Sequence record: SRR2962707_625
Reading direction: 5' to 3' (one strand)
DNA length: 41,612 bases
A program made the translations under genes and the position numbers. Shown here piece by piece: positions 1-9,042 of this stretch; position 1 is the stretch's first letter; each line of letters opens with the position of its first letter. The notes under the pieces were generated by a model that ran no database searches, had not been told where the DNA came from, and saw only the letters and a list, made by a program, of their open reading frames with translations.

Positions 1-1
1 C

Positions 2-2062
2 TGCCCGATCTGCGGCATGGCGCTGGAGCCGATGGATGGGGTGGCCGACGGCCCCAACCATGAACTGGTTGATTTTACCCGCAGGCTCTGGGTCAGTGCC
101 GGCGCTGCAATCCCGCTGCTGGTGCTGACTATGGCGCCGATGCTGGGGCTTCCCATTCGCGAGTGGCTTGGCGAGACGCTCACACTCTATCTGGAGTTCG
201 CCTTGGCAACGCCTGTGGTTGTCTGGGCTGCCCGGCCATTCTTTCATCGCGGCTGGACCTCGATAAAGACCTGGAATCTGAACATGTGGACGCTGATCAT
301 GATCGGTGTCGGCGCGGCCTATCTCTATTCCACGATCGCGACCTTCCTTCCGCACCTGTTCCCGGCGGGGCTGCAAATGCCCGGCGGGCACATGCCGGTC
401 TATTTCGAGGCGGCGGTGGTAATCATCGCACTGGTGTTTGTCGGCCAGGTGCTTGAACTCAGGGCACGCGAACGCACCGGCGACGCCATTCGTGCGTTGC
501 TTGATCTCGCCCCGAAGACTGCCCGTCGCATCCTGCCTGATGGCGAGGAATATGATGCTCCGCTCGAAAACATTGTTGCCGGAGATCGCCTGCGCGTTCG
601 CCCTGGCGAAGCCGTTCCGGTGGATTCCATCGTCATACAGGGACACACCTCGGTCGACGAAAGCATGCTCACCGGTGAGCCGCTTGCGGTAGCAAAAGCC
701 GAGGGCGACCGGGTCACGGGCGGTACTCTCAACAAGAACGGATCGCTGATTATTGAAGCCGAAAAGGTCGGCGACGAGACCATGCTGGCCCGCATTGTCG
801 CCATGGTGTCATCCGCCCAGAGATCACGTGCGCCCATACAGGGCCTCGCCGACCGGGTTGCCTCCTATTTCGTTCCGGCCGTCGTGATCACCGCCGTTCT
901 GTCATTTGTCATCTGGATGCTGATCGGGCCGGATCCGGCCTTTGTCTTCGCGATCGTTTCGGCTGTTTCGGTTCTCATCATTGCCTGCCCCTGTGCACTG
1001 GGATTGGCCACACCGATGTCGATCATGACGGCCACGGGGCGCGGCGCGCAGGCAGGCGTTCTGATCAAGGACGCCGAAGCGCTGGAGCGGATGGCGAAGG
1101 TCGATGTGCTGGTCGTCGACAAGACCGGCACACTCACCGAAGGCAAACCGACCCTGACCGATGTCGTTACCTTCGGGGAGACTGCTGAAACCGAAATGCT
1201 GGCGCTTGTCCGGGGTCTCGAGTCCGGATCGGAACACCCGTTGGCAGAAGCCATCGTCGAAGGGATTGCCGGGCGCGATATCGCCGCGGCTCCGGTCTCT
1301 GGATTTGAAGCGGTCACCGGGAAAGGCGTGTCGGGCCGCTCAGGTGATGAGGATCTCGCGCTTGGAAATGCAGCGATGATGCAGTTCGCCGGTGTCGACT
1401 GTACGGCTGCAGATCAGCAGGCCGAGGCGCTGCGCTCGGACGGCAAGACCGCAATGTATGTCGCTATCGATGGCAAGCTCGCGGGCCTTATTGCTGTTGC
1501 CGATCCGATCAAGGCAACCGCGCGCGATGCCATCAAGGCTCTGCATGAGGCAGGCCTCAAGATCATCATGGCGACCGGCGACAACGAGACCACGGCCCGC
1601 GCGGTTGCCAATCAACTCGGTATCGACGAGGTCCGCGCCGGCGTCCTTCCTGAGGACAAGAAGGCACTGGTGGATGAGCTGCACAAGGCTGGCCACAAGG
1701 TTGCCATGGCCGGAGACGGCGTCAACGATGCGCCGGCGCTGGCAGCAGCCGAAGTCGGCATCGCCATGGGAACAGGGGCAGATGTGGCTGTCGAGAGTGC
1801 CGGCATTACCCTTCTCAAGGGAGATCTAGGCGGCATCCTGCGGGCGCGGAGACTGTCCGAGGCCACATTGCGCAACATCAAGCAAAACCTGTTTTTTGCC
1901 TTTGCCTACAACAGCCTCGGCGTGCCGGTTGCTGCCGGGCTGCTCTATCCGATCACCGGAACCTTGTTGTCGCCGATGATTGCTGCGGCGGCGATGAGCC
2001 TGTCGTCAGTTTCCGTGATCTCCAATGCGCTGCGTCTTCGGTCGGTCAAGCTTGATGCTTGA
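2..2062 (+). CDS. copA: Copper-translocating P1B-type ATPase (5'-truncated by the window edge)
   Basis: The frame is open from base 2 ([10 protein letters not shown], a heavy-metal-binding motif). It contains the TGEP actuator, the CPC transmembrane motif, the DKTGT phosphorylation site, [14 protein letters not shown], and the Cu(I)-type YN and MSLSS motifs. Confidence 0.95.
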   Translation, partial: CPICGMALEPMDGVADGPNHELVDFTRRLWVSAGAAIPLLVLTMAPMLGLPIREWLGETLTLYLEFALATPVVVWAARPFFHRGWTSIKTWNLNMWTLIMIGVGAAYLYSTIATFLPHLFPAGLQMPGGHMPVYFEAAVVIIALVFVGQVLELRARERTGDAIRALLDLAPKTARRILPDGEEYDAPLENIVAGDRLRVRPGEAVPVDSIVIQGHTSVDESMLTGEPLAVAKAEGDRVTGGTLNKNGSLIIEAEKVGDETMLARIVAMVSSAQRSRAPIQGLADRVASYFVPAVVITAVLSFVIWMLIGPDPAFVFAIVSAVSVLIIACPCALGLATPMSIMTATGRGAQAGVLIKDAEALERMAKVDVLVVDKTGTLTEGKPTLTDVVTFGETAETEMLALVRGLESGSEHPLAEAIVEGIAGRDIAAAPVSGFEAVTGKGVSGRSGDEDLALGNAAMMQFAGVDCTAADQQAEALRSDGKTAMYVAIDGKLAGLIAVADPIKATARDAIKALHEAGLKIIMATGDNETTARAVANQLGIDEVRAGVLPEDKKALVDELHKAGHKVAMAGDGVNDAPALAAAEVGIAMGTGADVAVESAGITLLKGDLGGILRARRLSEATLRNIKQNLFFAFAYNSLGVPVAAGLLYPITGTLLSPMIAAAAMSLSSVSVISNALRLRSVKLDA

Positions 2063-2089
2063 CCTTCCAGCAGGTGGAAGCATTATCAA
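2059..2089 (+). promoter_or_regulatory. CueR-type promoter/operator (TTGACC-N19-TATCAA, containing ACCTTCC-N7-GGAAGCA)
   Basis: -35 TTGACC at 2059-2064 overlaps the ATPase stop codon. The dyad is ACCTTCC 2062-2068 / GGAAGCA 2076-2082. The 19-bp spacer is typical of MerR-family promoters, and the site lies directly upstream of cueR. Confidence 0.8.
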
Positions 2090-2131
2090 GTGGCTGAAAT
2101 GCAATTTGGCTTCAAATCAGGGAGGCAGAAC

Positions 2132-2527
2132 ATGAACATCGGCGACGCATCAGAAGCAACCGGCCTGCCTGCCAAGACGGTCCGTTATTACGAGGATATC
2201 GGCCTCATCAAACCGGCTCGCGCTGCCAATGGCTATCGGGATTACGATGACAAGGATGTCCATCGCCTGGCCTTTATCCAGCGCTCAAGAAGCCTCGGGT
2301 TCACAATTGAGGAGTGCCGCTCGCTTCTGTCGCTGTACGAAGACAAGAAGCGCGCCAGTTCCGATGTAAAAGCGCTGGCACTCGACAAGATTCGCGAGAT
2401 TGACCGCAAGCTCGGAGAACTCAAATCCCTGCGCGCCACGCTCAAGACGCTTGCTGAACATTGTCACGGCGACGACCGGCCCGACTGCCCGATTATCGAT
2501 GAGATCGCCGGGGGTGGCCGGGTATGA
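2132..2527 (+). CDS. cueR: Cu(I)-responsive MerR-family transcriptional regulator CueR
   Basis: MNIG...TVRYYEDIGL MerR HTH and a C-terminal CHGDDRPDCP metal-binding loop. RBS GGAGG at 2121-2125 favours the ATG at 2132. Confidence 0.93.
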   Translation: MNIGDASEATGLPAKTVRYYEDIGLIKPARAANGYRDYDDKDVHRLAFIQRSRSLGFTIEECRSLLSLYEDKKRASSDVKALALDKIREIDRKLGELKSLRATLKTLAEHCHGDDRPDCPIIDEIAGGGRV

Positions 2528-2937
2528 ACACACGCAACATTGTGATTGCCGTGGCAATTCTGGGTGCCGGAGTCTTGCTCTATCGCGTGCTCGCGCCGAC
2601 TGGCCCGGTTGCGACCGGCGCGGCATTGGCACATGTTCAGGTCCCGGATCTGTCGCCAGACGCTCAAGACGGTGAAAAGTTGTTCAACCGGTCCTGCGGC
2701 TCTTGCCACGGCACCAACGCAGCCGGGCAGGATGGCATCGCGCCGCCTCTGATCCACAAGATCTATGAACCCAACCACCATGGGGATGCGTCCTTTCACC
2801 TGGCAGCAAAGAATGGCGTGCGCGCGCACCACTGGCAATTCGGCAACATGCCGCCGGTTGAAGGGGTTACCGATCCTGAACTCGACAAAATCGTTTTCTA
2901 TATACGCGAACTGCAGCGCGCCAACGGAGTGCACTGA
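2524..2937 (+). CDS. Membrane-anchored/periplasmic monoheme cytochrome c
   Basis: N-terminal hydrophobic segment, CGSCH heme-binding motif, distal Met in GNMPPV, and an ATGA overlap with cueR. Confidence 0.85.
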   Translation: MNTRNIVIAVAILGAGVLLYRVLAPTGPVATGAALAHVQVPDLSPDAQDGEKLFNRSCGSCHGTNAAGQDGIAPPLIHKIYEPNHHGDASFHLAAKNGVRAHHWQFGNMPPVEGVTDPELDKIVFYIRELQRANGVH

Positions 2938-3039
2938 GTTGATGTCCCGACTGACGCACCGATACCTGGGATATTCTCACCGGTTTGTGAAGGCGCCAGC
3001 ACTTGTCCTGCCCGTTCTGTTGGGGCAACACTGTTCACG

Positions 3040-3444
3040 ATGAAGAAATCCATTCGCCATCTTGCCGGTCGCGGGCATCTGTTTCTGGTGTTGATGCTCG
3101 TATTTGCGAGCATCGTGCCGGGCGCTGTGCATGCTGCTGCGATGGCTGGATCGGCAGCGGTCAACAGCACAGTGCATCACGTCAGTGGACATTCGCCTGC
3201 TGATCATTCGATGATGAACCATCATCAGACTGAGGATACTTACTCTGGTGCCGTCCAGGACCCGATGCAGACAGACCACGGCAACATGACGGACCAGTGC
3301 TGCCCGATATCCTGTTCGTCTGCCCTTTGCTCGGTCGAGCCGCTGAGGGAAGCTATTTTCATTCCCGACAGTTTTGAGATCACACCCCTGCCAGGTTTTG
3401 TCGTCACGGCCATGGCATTGCCGGAACGTCCTCCCCGCGCCTGA
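3040..3444 (+). CDS. His/Met/Cys-rich small protein with C-terminal PERPPR (DUF2946/CopL/CutF-like; candidate copper-responsive leader ORF)
   Basis: N-terminal signal/TM segment, His/Met-rich middle, CCPISC..C cluster and C-terminal ERPP. It sits directly upstream of the TolC/multicopper-oxidase operon. Confidence 0.7.
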   Translation: MKKSIRHLAGRGHLFLVLMLVFASIVPGAVHAAAMAGSAAVNSTVHHVSGHSPADHSMMNHHQTEDTYSGAVQDPMQTDHGNMTDQCCPISCSSALCSVEPLREAIFIPDSFEITPLPGFVVTAMALPERPPRA

Positions 3445-3521
3445 AGTGCATCTGCGCCCGTCACCGGGCACCGTGGCCGGTTCCAATCGGCTGATCGCAC
3501 TTCTATCGCAGTAGGACAATC

Positions 3522-3755
3522 ATGTTTCGTATTCTCTTTGCGGCAGCCATGCCGCTGGCGCTCGCCGCTTGCACGGCTGCGGGCGGGCCTCCCGAATTCA
3601 TGCCGGACAATTCGCCCACCGATCCGGCTATCAGTATTCGCAACGCCCATCATCACACTGTCCTCGACGGATACACGCATCGTGTTGCCGTGGAGCCAAA
3701 ACCCTGGCGGCAGCAAAACGACAGCCAGGCCCCCGGCGTGGGGGCAGGCTCATGA
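3522..3755 (+). CDS. Small lipoprotein of the copper operon
   Basis: Lipobox LAAC, an HHH motif, RBS AGGA at 3513-3516, and an ATGA overlap with the TolC-like gene. Confidence 0.7.
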   Translation: MFRILFAAAMPLALAACTAAGGPPEFMPDNSPTDPAISIRNAHHHTVLDGYTHRVAVEPKPWRQQNDSQAPGVGAGS

Positions 3756-5266
3756 GCGCTTTTCGCAAGTCAAGATCCATCGCTGTCGCGTCTTCCGCGG
3801 CATTGTTTCTGGCAGGCTGTGTCAGCGATCAGGACCTTGCCGGATATTCGGCAAAAGATGCCGGTTTCGGTGCCGTTGCAGCATCTGTCTCCATTGGCAC
3901 AAAAGGCAAGGATACCGTCTGGGTCCAGAGCAAGGGACAGGCGAAGGCCAATTCCGCGCGAATCCACAGCCTGGTGCACAAGAAAACCATCAATGCCGAC
4001 ACTGCGGTGCAGGTGGCGCTTCTGAACAACAAGGGACTTCAGGCGGCCTATGCGGATATCGGAATGACCGCTGCAGAAGCCTGGCAACAAGGCATGTTGG
4101 AGAACCCCAAGGTGTCCGTTGGCCTGCTTGGAATAGGTGCTCCGGAACTGGGGGCGTTCAGGGCCATCGAAGGCATGATAGCCGCGAACATTCTGTCGCT
4201 GGCAACGCGTAAGGCGCGGGTCGATATCGCCGACACCCGTTTCAGGCAATCCCAGATGAGGGCGGTTGACGCAACATTGAAGGTTGCCAATGACACGCGT
4301 CGGATGTGGGTCAACGCGGTTTCTGCATTTGAGACGATTGCCTACCTCAATCAGGCAAGGGTCGCAGCCGACGCCGCATCGGAACTGGCTCAGAAACTGG
4401 GGGAAAGCGGCGCGCTGGCCAAAGGCGGACAAGCGCGTGAACACGCCTTCTATGCCGAACTGACCGGGCAAATGGCTGAAGCGCGGCTGGCGTCACGGCT
4501 GGCCAAGGAAGAGCTCACCCGGATCATGGGACTTTGGGGAAGCGAGGTCGATTACTTCGTGCCCGACAAACTTCCGCGGCTGCCGCGCGGCATCATCAAG
4601 CGCAACCGGATCGAGCAGGAAGCGCTCGAAAACCGGGTCGATCTTCGCGTTGCAAAACTTGAACTGGAAGCTGTCGCGAAAAGCTATGGCCTGACAAAGG
4701 CAACACGCTTTGTCACGGATCTGGAGATCATCTCCGGCGTTGAAGCCGAACGTGAGATCGAGACCGAATACGAGATTGTCGGTGGCAATCTGGAAGAGAG
4801 CAAGACCCGGAAGACGGTGGTTACGCCGCAGCTCGAACTGGAATTCGTGATCCCGATCTTCGACAGGGGCCAGGCCCGGCTGCGCAAGGCTGAGCTCGCC
4901 TATATGCAGGCGGCCAACCAGCTCGCTGAAAAGGCGGTCAACATCCGCTCCGAGGCGCGATCGGCCTATACCGCCTACAGCTCGACGCATGAAATCGCGC
5001 GGCACTACCTCAATGCAGTTGTGCCTTTGCGCACCACGATCGAGGCGGAATCCCTGCTGACTTACAACGGCATGATCTCCAACACGTTCGAACTCCTCGC
5101 CGACACCCGCGCCAAGATCGGAACCCTGATGCTGGCGATCAACGCCAAACGCGAGTTCTGGCTCGCCGATGTCAATCTGTCAGCGGCGATCTATGGCGGC
5201 GGAACCGGAGCAGTTAGCTCAGCTGCTGCACCATCCGTTGGCGACGCCGGCGGCGGCGGCCACTAA
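3752..5266 (+). CDS. TolC/outer-membrane efflux family lipoprotein (copper-resistance associated)
   Basis: Lipobox LAGC, two OEP-like helical repeats (AVQVALLNNKGLQAA; IPIFDRGQARLRKAE) and a C-terminal GGGH. The start at 3752 is coupled to the upstream stop codon. Confidence 0.85.
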   Translation: MSAFRKSRSIAVASSAALFLAGCVSDQDLAGYSAKDAGFGAVAASVSIGTKGKDTVWVQSKGQAKANSARIHSLVHKKTINADTAVQVALLNNKGLQAAYADIGMTAAEAWQQGMLENPKVSVGLLGIGAPELGAFRAIEGMIAANILSLATRKARVDIADTRFRQSQMRAVDATLKVANDTRRMWVNAVSAFETIAYLNQARVAADAASELAQKLGESGALAKGGQAREHAFYAELTGQMAEARLASRLAKEELTRIMGLWGSEVDYFVPDKLPRLPRGIIKRNRIEQEALENRVDLRVAKLELEAVAKSYGLTKATRFVTDLEIISGVEAEREIETEYEIVGGNLEESKTRKTVVTPQLELEFVIPIFDRGQARLRKAELAYMQAANQLAEKAVNIRSEARSAYTAYSSTHEIARHYLNAVVPLRTTIEAESLLTYNGMISNTFELLADTRAKIGTLMLAINAKREFWLADVNLSAAIYGGGTGAVSSAAAPSVGDAGGGGH

Positions 5267-5287
5267 CTTTCCGGAAAGGAAAAGACC

Positions 5288-6655
5288 ATGATGAACAGAC
5301 GTCAATTGCTGGGCGCAAGTGCTGCCGGTGCAGCCCTTGTCTCCTCGACCGCCTGGTCGAAGACGACGAATATGGGGTTGCCGGAAGCGGCCCTTATGGA
5401 AAGCCCGCTGACCCAGGCGCCGCTGATGCCGTCCACCGGACCAGACTACAATCCGGTGGTGACCCTCAACGGCTGGACCTTGCCATTCCGGATGAACAAC
5501 GGGGTCAAGGAATTCCATCTGGTGGCCGAGCCGGTGGAGCGGGAACTGGCCGACGGCATGACGGCTTATCTGTGGGGCTACAATGGCCAGTCCATCGGCC
5601 CGACCATCGAGGCCGTCGAAGGTGACCGTGTCCGGATCTACGTCACCAACAAGCTGCCCGAACACACAACTGTGCACTGGCACGGGCTGATTCTGCCTTC
5701 CGGCATGGACGGCGTTGGTGGCTTGTCCCATCCGGCGATTCCCCCCGGGAAAACCTACCTCTACGAGTTCGACCTGGTGAAGTCGGGGACCTTCATGTAC
5801 CACCCGCACGCCGACGAGATGGTGCAGATGGCGATGGGGATGATGGGGTTTTTCATCGTACATCCGAAAGACCCGGCCTTCATGCCGGTCGATCGCGACT
5901 TCCTGATCATGCTCAACGCCTTCGACATTGATCCCGGCTCCTATGTGCCGAAGATCATGACCATGGCGGACTTCAACCTGTGGACATGGAACAGCCGCAT
6001 CTTCCCCGACATCGATCCGCTTGTCGTGTCGAAGAACGATCGAGTCCGCGTGCGCGTCGGCAACCTGACCATGACCAACCACCCGATCCACATGCACGGC
6101 TATGATTTCGAGGTGACTGGCACGGATGGCGGCTGGGTGCGGCCCGAGGCCCGGTGGCCGGAGGTTTCCATCGACATCCCGGTGGGCGCGATGCGGGTCT
6201 ACGAGTTTGACGCCAAGTATCTGGGCGACTGGGCCATCCACTGCCACAAGTCCCACCACACCATGAACGCGATGGGACATGACGTCCCCACCTTCATCGG
6301 CGTCGACAAGTCCAAGCTCACCAAGAAGATCCGGGTGGTGCAGCCTGAATACATGCCGATGGGAACCGCCGGCATGGCCGACATGGCGGAAATGTCGATG
6401 GAGCTGCCCGACAACACCATACCGATGATGGCCGGCTGGGGCCCCTACGGTCCGCTGGAAATGGGCGGCATGTTCTCCGTCGTCAAGGTCCGTGAGGGTA
6501 TCTCCGCCGGCGATTACAGCGATCCCGGCTGGTACGAAAACCCGCCCGGAACCCAGGCCTATGAGTGGACCGGCGAATTGCCGGAATTCGCCAAGGCAAC
6601 AGACGCAGCAACAACAATCACGCCAGCGCCGGCGAAACCCGGCAGCAACGGCTAA
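5288..6655 (+). CDS. Tat-exported multicopper oxidase (Met-rich)
   Basis: NRRQLL twin-arginine signal; HWHG, YHPH, HPIHMHG and HCHKSHH..M copper motifs; Met-rich C-terminal segment. Confidence 0.92.
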   Translation: MMNRRQLLGASAAGAALVSSTAWSKTTNMGLPEAALMESPLTQAPLMPSTGPDYNPVVTLNGWTLPFRMNNGVKEFHLVAEPVERELADGMTAYLWGYNGQSIGPTIEAVEGDRVRIYVTNKLPEHTTVHWHGLILPSGMDGVGGLSHPAIPPGKTYLYEFDLVKSGTFMYHPHADEMVQMAMGMMGFFIVHPKDPAFMPVDRDFLIMLNAFDIDPGSYVPKIMTMADFNLWTWNSRIFPDIDPLVVSKNDRVRVRVGNLTMTNHPIHMHGYDFEVTGTDGGWVRPEARWPEVSIDIPVGAMRVYEFDAKYLGDWAIHCHKSHHTMNAMGHDVPTFIGVDKSKLTKKIRVVQPEYMPMGTAGMADMAEMSMELPDNTIPMMAGWGPYGPLEMGGMFSVVKVREGISAGDYSDPGWYENPPGTQAYEWTGELPEFAKATDAATTITPAPAKPGSNG

Positions 6656-6694
6656 CCCCTTCGACGAGAAGTGTTCACGAAAGGAACAACACCC

Positions 6695-7180
6695 ATGAAA
6701 ACTCTCCTGATTGCATCCGCATCCTTCCTCGCGATGACAACACTGGCTAGCGCCGCAGGATCTCACTCCGGCGGTCATGACGACATGATGATGGCCGTCG
6801 GCAAACCCGGCAAGGCATCAGAAGTCAGCCGGACAATCGAAGTGATCATGAAGGAAACCGACGACGGCGAAATGATCTTCGAACCCAAGGAAATCAACGT
6901 CGAGAAAGGTGAAACCATCCGCTTCATGGTGATGAACAAGGGCGAACTGGAGCACGAGTTCGTGCTCGATGATCATGACGGCGTGATGGAACACAAGGGG
7001 CTGATGGAGCGCATGCCCGAGATGGAGCATGACGATCCCAATTCCGTGCGTCTCGATCCGGGCATGGATGGCGAAGTCATCTGGAGCTTCGCGAACGCGG
7101 GACCATTCGAGTTCGCCTGCCTGATCCCCGGCCACTACGATTCCGGCATGAAGGGCATGCTCACTGTCACCGGCCACTGA
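6695..7180 (+). CDS. Periplasmic cupredoxin (CopI-like)
   Basis: Signal peptide, His/Met-rich N-terminus, HEF motif, and a C-terminal type-1 Cu site ACLIPGHYDSGM. Confidence 0.88.
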   Translation: MKTLLIASASFLAMTTLASAAGSHSGGHDDMMMAVGKPGKASEVSRTIEVIMKETDDGEMIFEPKEINVEKGETIRFMVMNKGELEHEFVLDDHDGVMEHKGLMERMPEMEHDDPNSVRLDPGMDGEVIWSFANAGPFEFACLIPGHYDSGMKGMLTVTGH

Positions 7181-7219
7181 TCAAACGAACCGTTTCCGAT
7201 AACAACAAAGGTAAAACAA

Positions 7220-7504
7220 ATGCGAAAACTCACGACACTCACGATCGCGGCCATGATCGCCATTTCCGGCAGCTCGGCAGCTTTTGCCACCGAGTTCACC
7301 AAAGGGACTGTCAAGAAGGTCGACATGAAAGCCGGCAAGGTCACCATCATTCATGAGGAGCTGGCCAATCTCGACATGCCTGCCATGACCATGGTGTTCC
7401 GCGCCGCCGATCCGGCAATGCTGGAGAGGATGAAAGCAGGGGCCGACATCGAATTCGTCGCCGACCGGGTGAAGGGCAAACTGACCGTCGTTGAGCTGAA
7501 GTAA
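7220..7504 (+). CDS. cusF: CusF-like periplasmic Cu(I)/Ag(I)-binding protein
   Basis: Signal peptide and an H...MPAMTM.F motif typical of the CusF family. Confidence 0.8.
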   Translation: MRKLTTLTIAAMIAISGSSAAFATEFTKGTVKKVDMKAGKVTIIHEELANLDMPAMTMVFRAADPAMLERMKAGADIEFVADRVKGKLTVVELK

Positions 7505-7513
7505 TCACCGACT

Positions 7514-7551
7514 GGCAAGTGGCGGGAAGTCAAAGCTTCGTGCCACTTGCT
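7514..7551 (+). terminator. Stem-loop after the cusF-like gene (terminator or mRNA-stability element)
   Basis: GCAAGTGGC 7515-7523 pairs with GCCACTTGC 7542-7550. The stem extends via GAAG/CTTC to a CAAA loop. There is no immediate U-tract. Confidence 0.5.
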
Positions 7552-7607
7552 GTCTGCGATCGTTTTTTCAACATCCATGTTCGGGTTGTCTGGCTGAAAG
7601 GTCTCCA

Positions 7608-9008
7608 ATGAATTTTTCCCGTCGTAAAATCCTTGCCGGGTTTTCTTCCGGCGTTCTGGCTTCCCAGTTGCCGAGCCTGTCACTGGCTAAATCATTGGAT
7701 GGCTTCTTTGAGCTCATTGCCGCGCCTTCGAAGCAGCGGCTTTACCTGCCCGGTTCGCCCACGTCGGATCTTTGGACCTACAACGGATCTGCACCCGGAC
7801 CGGAAATCAGGGTGAAAAAGGGTGAGCGTGTCCAGGTGCGCTTCACCAACAAGCTGGACGAGCCGACATCAGTTCACTGGCATGGCATTCGCATCGACAA
7901 CGCAATGGATGGCGTTTCCGGGCTGACCCAGGAACCGGTCGAGCCGGGCGGCTTATTCGTCTATGACTTTGTAGCTCCCGATGCGGGTACCTTCTGGTAC
8001 CACGCCCACAACAAGAGCTGGAACCAGGTCGCACGCGGCCTCTACGGACCTCTCATCATTGATGAGGCTGAACCCGTTTTCGAGCGCTCGAACGATATCA
8101 CCCTGGTACTCGATGATTGGCGGCTGGCAGGCGAAGGCGTGCTCGATGTCGCAAGCCTTGGATCGATGATGGAGTGGACCCACGGTGGACGGTTGGGCAA
8201 CTGGTTGACGGTCAATGGCGAGAGCCGCCCGGTGACTGACCTTGTCCGGGGTCAGACCTATCGGCTCCGGCTCATCAATGCCGCCAATGCGCGTATCTTC
8301 GAAATTGACCCGAACCGTTTTGGCGCAACCCTCATAGGCTTTGATGGTCAGTCATTCGCAGAACCCGTCAAACTCGACTATGCGCCGTTCATGCTGGGGC
8401 CAGCCCAGCGCGTGGATTTGATGGTCGTGGCCAAAAGCGATTTCACCATTGAGGAAGTCTCAGGGGACACGCCTTACCCCATGGCGGGATTCTCTGTTCG
8501 GGATGCTGAGGCCCCGCAACCGGCCAGATCCGCCATCAAGCTGCAGCCCAATGTTTTGCCCGCGCCTGACCTCGCCAACGCCCGTCGCATCCGCGTGGAA
8601 ATGACCGGCGGTGCGATGGGGGGCATGATTGACATCGTCTACAGGGGAAAGAAGCTGCAGGGGGATGACTTTCGCACCGCGAGACAGGTTTGGGCCTTTA
8701 ACGGAGTGGCCAACCTCGCCGAGGAACCGTTTTTCAAGGCCCGGCGGGGTGAAGCCCTACTCATCGAGACAGTCAACAAGACCGCATGGGTTCATGCCAT
8801 GCATGTCCACGGCCATCATTTCCAGGTCCTGAGCAGATCCGGATCTGTTGTTGATGAGGGAAAACCATGGCGGGATACGTTTCTGATCGGCCCGGACCAG
8901 ACAACCGAGATCGCTTTCGTGGCCGACAATCCCGGCAAATGGCTGTTCCATTGCCACATGCTTGAGCACGCGGCAGCAGGCATGAACACCTGGTTTCAGG
9001 TCAGCTGA
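7608..9008 (+). CDS. Second Tat-exported multicopper oxidase (three-domain, CumA/CueO-like)
   Basis: SRRKIL Tat signal; HWHG, WYHAH, HAMHVHGH and HCHMLEHAAAGM motifs. Confidence 0.92.
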   Translation: MNFSRRKILAGFSSGVLASQLPSLSLAKSLDGFFELIAAPSKQRLYLPGSPTSDLWTYNGSAPGPEIRVKKGERVQVRFTNKLDEPTSVHWHGIRIDNAMDGVSGLTQEPVEPGGLFVYDFVAPDAGTFWYHAHNKSWNQVARGLYGPLIIDEAEPVFERSNDITLVLDDWRLAGEGVLDVASLGSMMEWTHGGRLGNWLTVNGESRPVTDLVRGQTYRLRLINAANARIFEIDPNRFGATLIGFDGQSFAEPVKLDYAPFMLGPAQRVDLMVVAKSDFTIEEVSGDTPYPMAGFSVRDAEAPQPARSAIKLQPNVLPAPDLANARRIRVEMTGGAMGGMIDIVYRGKKLQGDDFRTARQVWAFNGVANLAEEPFFKARRGEALLIETVNKTAWVHAMHVHGHHFQVLSRSGSVVDEGKPWRDTFLIGPDQTTEIAFVADNPGKWLFHCHMLEHAAAGMNTWFQVS

Positions 9009-9042
9009 TCCTATCTCGGCCACCACTGCGCAAAGACGCCAG

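Noticed and set aside
3569-3751. 61-codon N-terminal extension of the TolC ORF
   Set aside because: It overlaps the lipoprotein gene in another frame. The lipobox signal starts at ATG 3752, which is coupled to the upstream stop.
5219-6778. 519-aa minus-strand ORF
   Set aside because: It is an antisense shadow of the multicopper oxidase, expected from high-GC3 codon bias. It has no recognisable motifs or RBS.
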